From Spongospora subterranea f. sp. subterranea (Eukaryota), in the NCBI GenBank assembly GCA_049724395.1, contig JAUGWO010000049.1, forward strand, positions 62,001 to 126,000: a stretch of 64,000 nt of DNA. The letters are read 5' to 3'. Shown piece after piece: positions 62,501 to 64,000 of the stretch. A program made the position numbers and the translations under genes. Each line of letters starts with the position of its first letter. Position 1 is the first letter of the stretch. A model generated the notes under the pieces. That model had not been told where the DNA came from, did not search any database, and saw only the letters and a list, made by a program, of their open reading frames with translations.

Positions 62501-64000
62501 GTACGGCACATGTACCCCATTACATCTCATACTTTATCAACAACATGATCAATGATTAATATGTAATGAAGTACGGCACATGTCACCCATTACATCTCAT
62601 ACTTTATCAACAACATGATCAATAGAGATTAGACAATATGTAATGAAGTACGGCACATGTCACCCATTACATCTCATACTTTATCAACAACATGATCAAT
62701 AGAGATTAGACAATATGTAATGAAGTACGGCACATGTCACCCATTACATCTCATACTTTATCAACAACATGATCAATAGAGATTAGACAATATGTAATGA
62801 AGTACGGCACATGACCCATTACATCTCATACTTTATCAACAACATGATCAATAGAGATTAGACAATATGTAATGAAGTACGGCACATGTCACCCATTACA
62901 TCTCATACAACTTTATCAACAACATGATCAATAGAGATTAGACAATATGTAATGAAGTACGGCACATGTCACCCATTACATCTCATACTTTATCAACAAC
63001 ATGATCAATAGAGATTAGACAATATGTAATGAAGTACGGCACATGTACCCCATTACATCTCATACTTTATCAACAACATGATCAATAGAGATTAGACAAT
63101 ATGTAATGAAGTACGGCACATGTACCCCATTACATCTCATACTTTATCCCATTACATCTCATTACTTTATCAACAACATGATCATTACATCTCATACTTT
63201 ATCAACAACATGATCAATAGAGATTAGACAATATGTAATGAAGTACGGCACATGTCACCCCATTACATCTCATACTTTATCAACAACATGATCAATAGAG
63301 ATTAGACAATATGTAATGAAGTACGGCACATGTCACCCCATTACATCTCATACTTTATCAACAACATGATCAATAAGATTAGACAATATGTAATGAAGTA
63401 CGGCACATGTACCCCATTACATCTCATACTTTATCAACAACATGATCAATAGAGATTAGAATATGTAATGAAGTACGGCACATGTCACCCATTACATCTC
63501 ATACTTTATCAACAACATGATCAATACGGCACAGATTAGACAATATGTAATGAAGTACGGCACATGTCACCCATTACATCTCATACTTTATCAACAACAT
63601 GATCAATAGAGATTAGACAATATGTAATGAAGTACGGCACATGTCACCCATTACATCTCATACTTTATCAACAACATGATCAATAGAGATTAGACAATAT
63701 GTAATGAAGTACGGCACATGTCACCCATTACATCTCATACTTTATCAACAACATGATCAATAGAGATTAGACAATATGTAATGAAGTACGGCACATGTCA
63801 CCCATTACATCTCATACTTTTCAACAACATCTCATACTTTATCAACAACATGATCAATAGAGATTAGACAATATGTAATGAAGTACGGCACATGTCACCC
63901 ATTACATCTCATACTTTATCAACAACATGATCAATTAAGATTAGACAATATGTAATGAAGTACGGCACATGTCACCCATTACATCTCATACTTTATCAAC
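59570..64000. repeat. 77-bp tandem satellite, more than 4.4 kb, continuing past the window end
   Basis: Unit gaagtacggcacatgtcacccattacatctcatactttatcaacaacatgatcaatagagattagacaatatgtaat (period 77, e.g. 61688 to 61765); very homogeneous apart from small indels. Confidence 0.98.

Noticed and set aside
59570..64000. CRISPR array
   Set aside because: Units are head-to-tail and near-identical with no unique spacers; no cas genes; eukaryotic context.

Overview
Intron-rich eukaryotic genomic DNA with short (~50-65 nt) GT-AG introns. Gene content suggests a plasmodiophorid-type protist plant parasite; this is an inference, not shown. Conserved genes: ADCY10-like soluble adenylyl cyclase/STAND ATPase with a PH domain (runs off the left edge), a coiled-coil protein, Sec1/Munc18, a TMEM185-like protein, two 7TM-RGS paralogs, an APC amino-acid permease, a cNMP-binding protein, RAD50, a zf-UBP ubiquitin protease, ACF1/Itc1-like, a PX protein, CHERP-like, NAR1/CIAO3 and CCDC130/YJU2-like. 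Accessory DNA includes a nested transposon island at 15.5-20.4 kb, a Harbinger deletion derivative, a second DD39D-type mariner, a G-rich 52/67-bp satellite and a 77-bp satellite filling the last 4.4 kb. The main result is missed by the ORF track: the ~640-bp 'repeats' at 24-30 kb and 47.5-49.8 kb are the exons and introns of secreted, tandem hevein-like (CBM18, chitin-binding type 1) genes built from alternating A/B modules. There are two apparently intact paralogs lying in an inverted segmental duplication, one pseudogene and one relic. One paralog keeps the carbohydrate-stacking aromatic in all 7 domains; the other has replaced it in 6 of 8 domains while keeping every cysteine and splice site. 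Scattered 1-bp indels may partly be assembly errors.
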